DNA of 64,000 nucleotides from Alphaproteobacteria bacterium (GTDB lineage Bacteria; Pseudomonadota; Alphaproteobacteria; Bin95): NCBI GenBank assembly GCA_964291285.2, contig OZ219786.1, positions 480,001 to 544,000 of the forward strand, read 5' to 3'. Shown piece by piece: positions 61,960 to 64,000 of this stretch (position 1 is its first letter; each line of letters starts with the position of its first letter). The notes under the pieces were generated by a model. It saw only the letters and a program-made list of their open reading frames with translations, ran no database searches and was not told where the DNA came from. The position numbers and the translations under genes were made by a program.

Positions 61960-61996
61960 CGAGGCCTCATCCCGCGTGGTGCGGGACGAGGCCTCG
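61960..61996. other. Intercistronic stem-loop downstream of the substrate-binding protein gene
   Basis: CGAGGCCTCATCCCGC-GTGGT-GCGGGACGAGGCCTCG near-perfect hairpin. Confidence 0.6.
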
Positions 61997-62034
61997 TTTT
62001 CCAAATGCGGGCGGACGCCGCTCGGCCCGCGGGC

Positions 62035-63309
62035 CTACTCGGCGTAGGGGACGTTGATATCCCCCGATTTCCACTCTGCCGGATACAGCACGACGCGGGT
62101 CCCGGCCTTTGCGAAGGTCGCGAGCTCGTTGTCCTCGATGCCCTGGTACTGGACCATCAGCACGCGCGTTTTCGCCCACTCGCCGTTCGGTGCGAAGCTG
62201 ACCTTGCCCACCACCGTGTTGAACTCGTTGCTGCGGATATATTCGCCGATGGCTGCATGATCCATGCCGTTGGTGGCCGTGATCGCCTGCCCCAGCACCT
62301 GGAGATACGCATAGGCGTAGGGCTGGAGGTAGAAGCCGAGCGGATCGACGCCTTTGCCCACGGCCGCCGCCTGGTACTTCTCGAGGAACGCCTCGACGCC
62401 CTCGAACTTGAGGGTCGGCTCGGGCACCCAGAAGTCGTAGTTGACGATGCCGTTCAGCTTCGGCCCGAGCGCGGTCATGATCGAGGCGAACTGAAGCCCG
62501 ACCATGCCGCCTCCGAACATCTTCGCCTTGAGGCCGACCTCGGTGGCCGCCTTCACCATCCCCACTGAGTCGGGCGGATAGGACGCAACGAATACGATGT
62601 CCGGGTTGCGGGCTTGAATCGCGTTGACGATGGGCGTGTAGTCCGCGGTTCTGGGCGGATAGGACTCGTCATAGACGATTTCGAGCCCGTATTCCTCCGC
62701 GTTGACCCGGGCGCCGACCACCGCATTGCGGGCGAACTCCGCATCCGCACCCACCAGCGCGATGGTCCTCGGAGCCGGGTCCTGTGCCTGGGCGAGCTCG
62801 AAGAAGCCCCGAGACCAGTCCGTCATGGGCTTCGGGCCTGCCGGCATAATCTGGAAGTAGTTGGGGTAGTTGAACTTTTCGTTGACCGCGAGACCAAACA
62901 GAGCCGGAAAGACGAGGCCCCGCTGCATCACGATCGGCATCGCAGGCGCAATGAGGTTCGTGCCGTAGCCCGAGACCACAAAGTCCACCTTGTCGATGTC
63001 GAGCAGCTTGGTGTAGATGGCGGGCACGGTCGCGGGGTTGGTCTGGTCGTCGTAATAGACAAGCTCGACCTTCTTGCCGAGGAGGCCGCCCGCGGCGTTG
63101 ACGTCCTCCGCCCACACCTGCATCGCGATGAGCGCTCCCTTGCCGGCGCCGGCAAGGCCGCCGGTGAGCGCCATGCTGAACCCGATCTTGATAGTGTCGT
63201 TCGCCTGGGCAAATGACGCAAACGCCATCGAGGCCGACATTGCGATCACCGCAAGCGACCTGCCAAGCCACTTTCCGGTCTTCTTTTTCGCGAATGTTTT
63301 CGTGAACAT
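62035..63309 (-). CDS. ABC transporter substrate-binding protein (LivJ/K-like)
   Basis: Signal peptide; IKIGFSMALTG.LA; VNAAGGLLG.KVELV.YDD; TVVG.V.F...GE. Confidence 0.95.
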   Translation of the reverse strand: MFTKTFAKKKTGKWLGRSLAVIAMSASMAFASFAQANDTIKIGFSMALTGGLAGAGKGALIAMQVWAEDVNAAGGLLGKKVELVYYDDQTNPATVPAIYTKLLDIDKVDFVVSGYGTNLIAPAMPIVMQRGLVFPALFGLAVNEKFNYPNYFQIMPAGPKPMTDWSRGFFELAQAQDPAPRTIALVGADAEFARNAVVGARVNAEEYGLEIVYDESYPPRTADYTPIVNAIQARNPDIVFVASYPPDSVGMVKAATEVGLKAKMFGGGMVGLQFASIMTALGPKLNGIVNYDFWVPEPTLKFEGVEAFLEKYQAAAVGKGVDPLGFYLQPYAYAYLQVLGQAITATNGMDHAAIGEYIRSNEFNTVVGKVSFAPNGEWAKTRVLMVQYQGIEDNELATFAKAGTRVVLYPAEWKSGDINVPYAE

Positions 63310-63314
63310 TGTGC

Positions 63315-64000
63315 TAACCCGACTTCCGCAACTCGGGGGTCATGAGGATGCTAACTCATTGAATAGCCTTGATCGTCTCCCCGAGGGTCGGCACTACAAG
63401 GCGGCGAACGGAGAGGCGGCGCCGTGTGCCGTCAGGCGGAGATCCGGGGTGCGGGTTGCTGCGGCCAGGTCATGCCGAGCTGTTGCAGCAGTAGCTCGTG
63501 CTCCTTGTTCGGCCGGGTGTGGCGCGGCAGGACGAGGTGCCGGCCGTCGGTGGTTGGCAGATGGACGTCCACCATCTGGATGGTGGCGAAGGCCTCAAGG
63601 ATGGCGCGTGGGGTGAGGCCCGGGGCGCGCGGCCGGGCGAGGTTCTTCAGGGTCACCAGCAGGCAGTAGGCGATGAACGAGACGAAGATATGCGCCTCGA
63701 TGCGCTCTTGGCGCTGATGGAAGATGGGGCGGATCGCGAGGTCGTGCTTGAGTTCCTTGAACGCCTGCTCGATCTCGACGAGCTGCATGTACAGATGCCA
63801 CAGCGTGGCGGGGTCTTCGGCGACCATGTTGGATCGCAGCAGGTAACGGCCCTCGCGGCGGCGGACCTGGCGCAGCCGGTCGCGCTGCAGGCGGAATGAG
63901 AAGCCGTTGGCGGCGAGTTCGCTGTCGGTCCCGGGCACGGTGATGTCGACCAGGCTCCAGGCCCGGCCGGCCTCCTTCCTGGCGGCGCCGAGCTTGAGCA
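63315..64000 (-). mobile_element. IS1634-family element, 3' end (runs out of window)
   Basis: Transposase C-terminus 63432..64000: EGRYLLRSN, LW..Y.QL.EIEQAFKELK.DL.IRPIFHQ...RIEAHIFVSF.AY; terminal sequence TAACCCGACTTCCGCAAC at ~63315-63332. Confidence 0.85.

Overview
High-GC bacterial window (probably alphaproteobacterial; not proven). Positions ~1-53.5 kb are a conjugative element (ICE or plasmid). One long minus-strand operon (~53.4 to 11.6 kb) encodes a type IVb thin-pilus system (pilN, O, P, Q, R, two pilS, two pilV, pilU) followed by a Dot/Icm-IncI-type (MPF-I) T4SS (dotD, dotC, ssb, dotB, icmT, trbB-like, two dotI, dotH, HU, dotG, icmC, icmD, icmB, traW-like, dotA) and a VirD4/TraG-type coupling protein. 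Convergent plus-strand genes (1-10 kb) encode two very large proteins that share a ~270-300 aa C-terminal domain, plus a serine resolvase. One large protein carries three SLOG-like domains and is bracketed by 36-bp direct repeats with a MOBP-nic-like core. Unusual cargo in the operon: a translationally coupled adhesin (FrpC-like self-processing module)-GNAT-desaturase cassette, apparently leaderless pilins lacking Glu+5, a nuclease lipoprotein with a TbpB-like barrel, and a membrane-anchored integrase-arm-domain protein next to a 48-bp repeat array. Right of the element lie a type I-E cas8e/casA truncated by an ISAs1-family element (no other cas genes or array in the window), an LLM oxidoreductase with a Liv-type ABC transporter operon, and the 3' end of an IS1634-family element. 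No relaxase catalytic domain, rRNA or tRNA was recognised. All family assignments are by-eye motif recognition; no database search was run.
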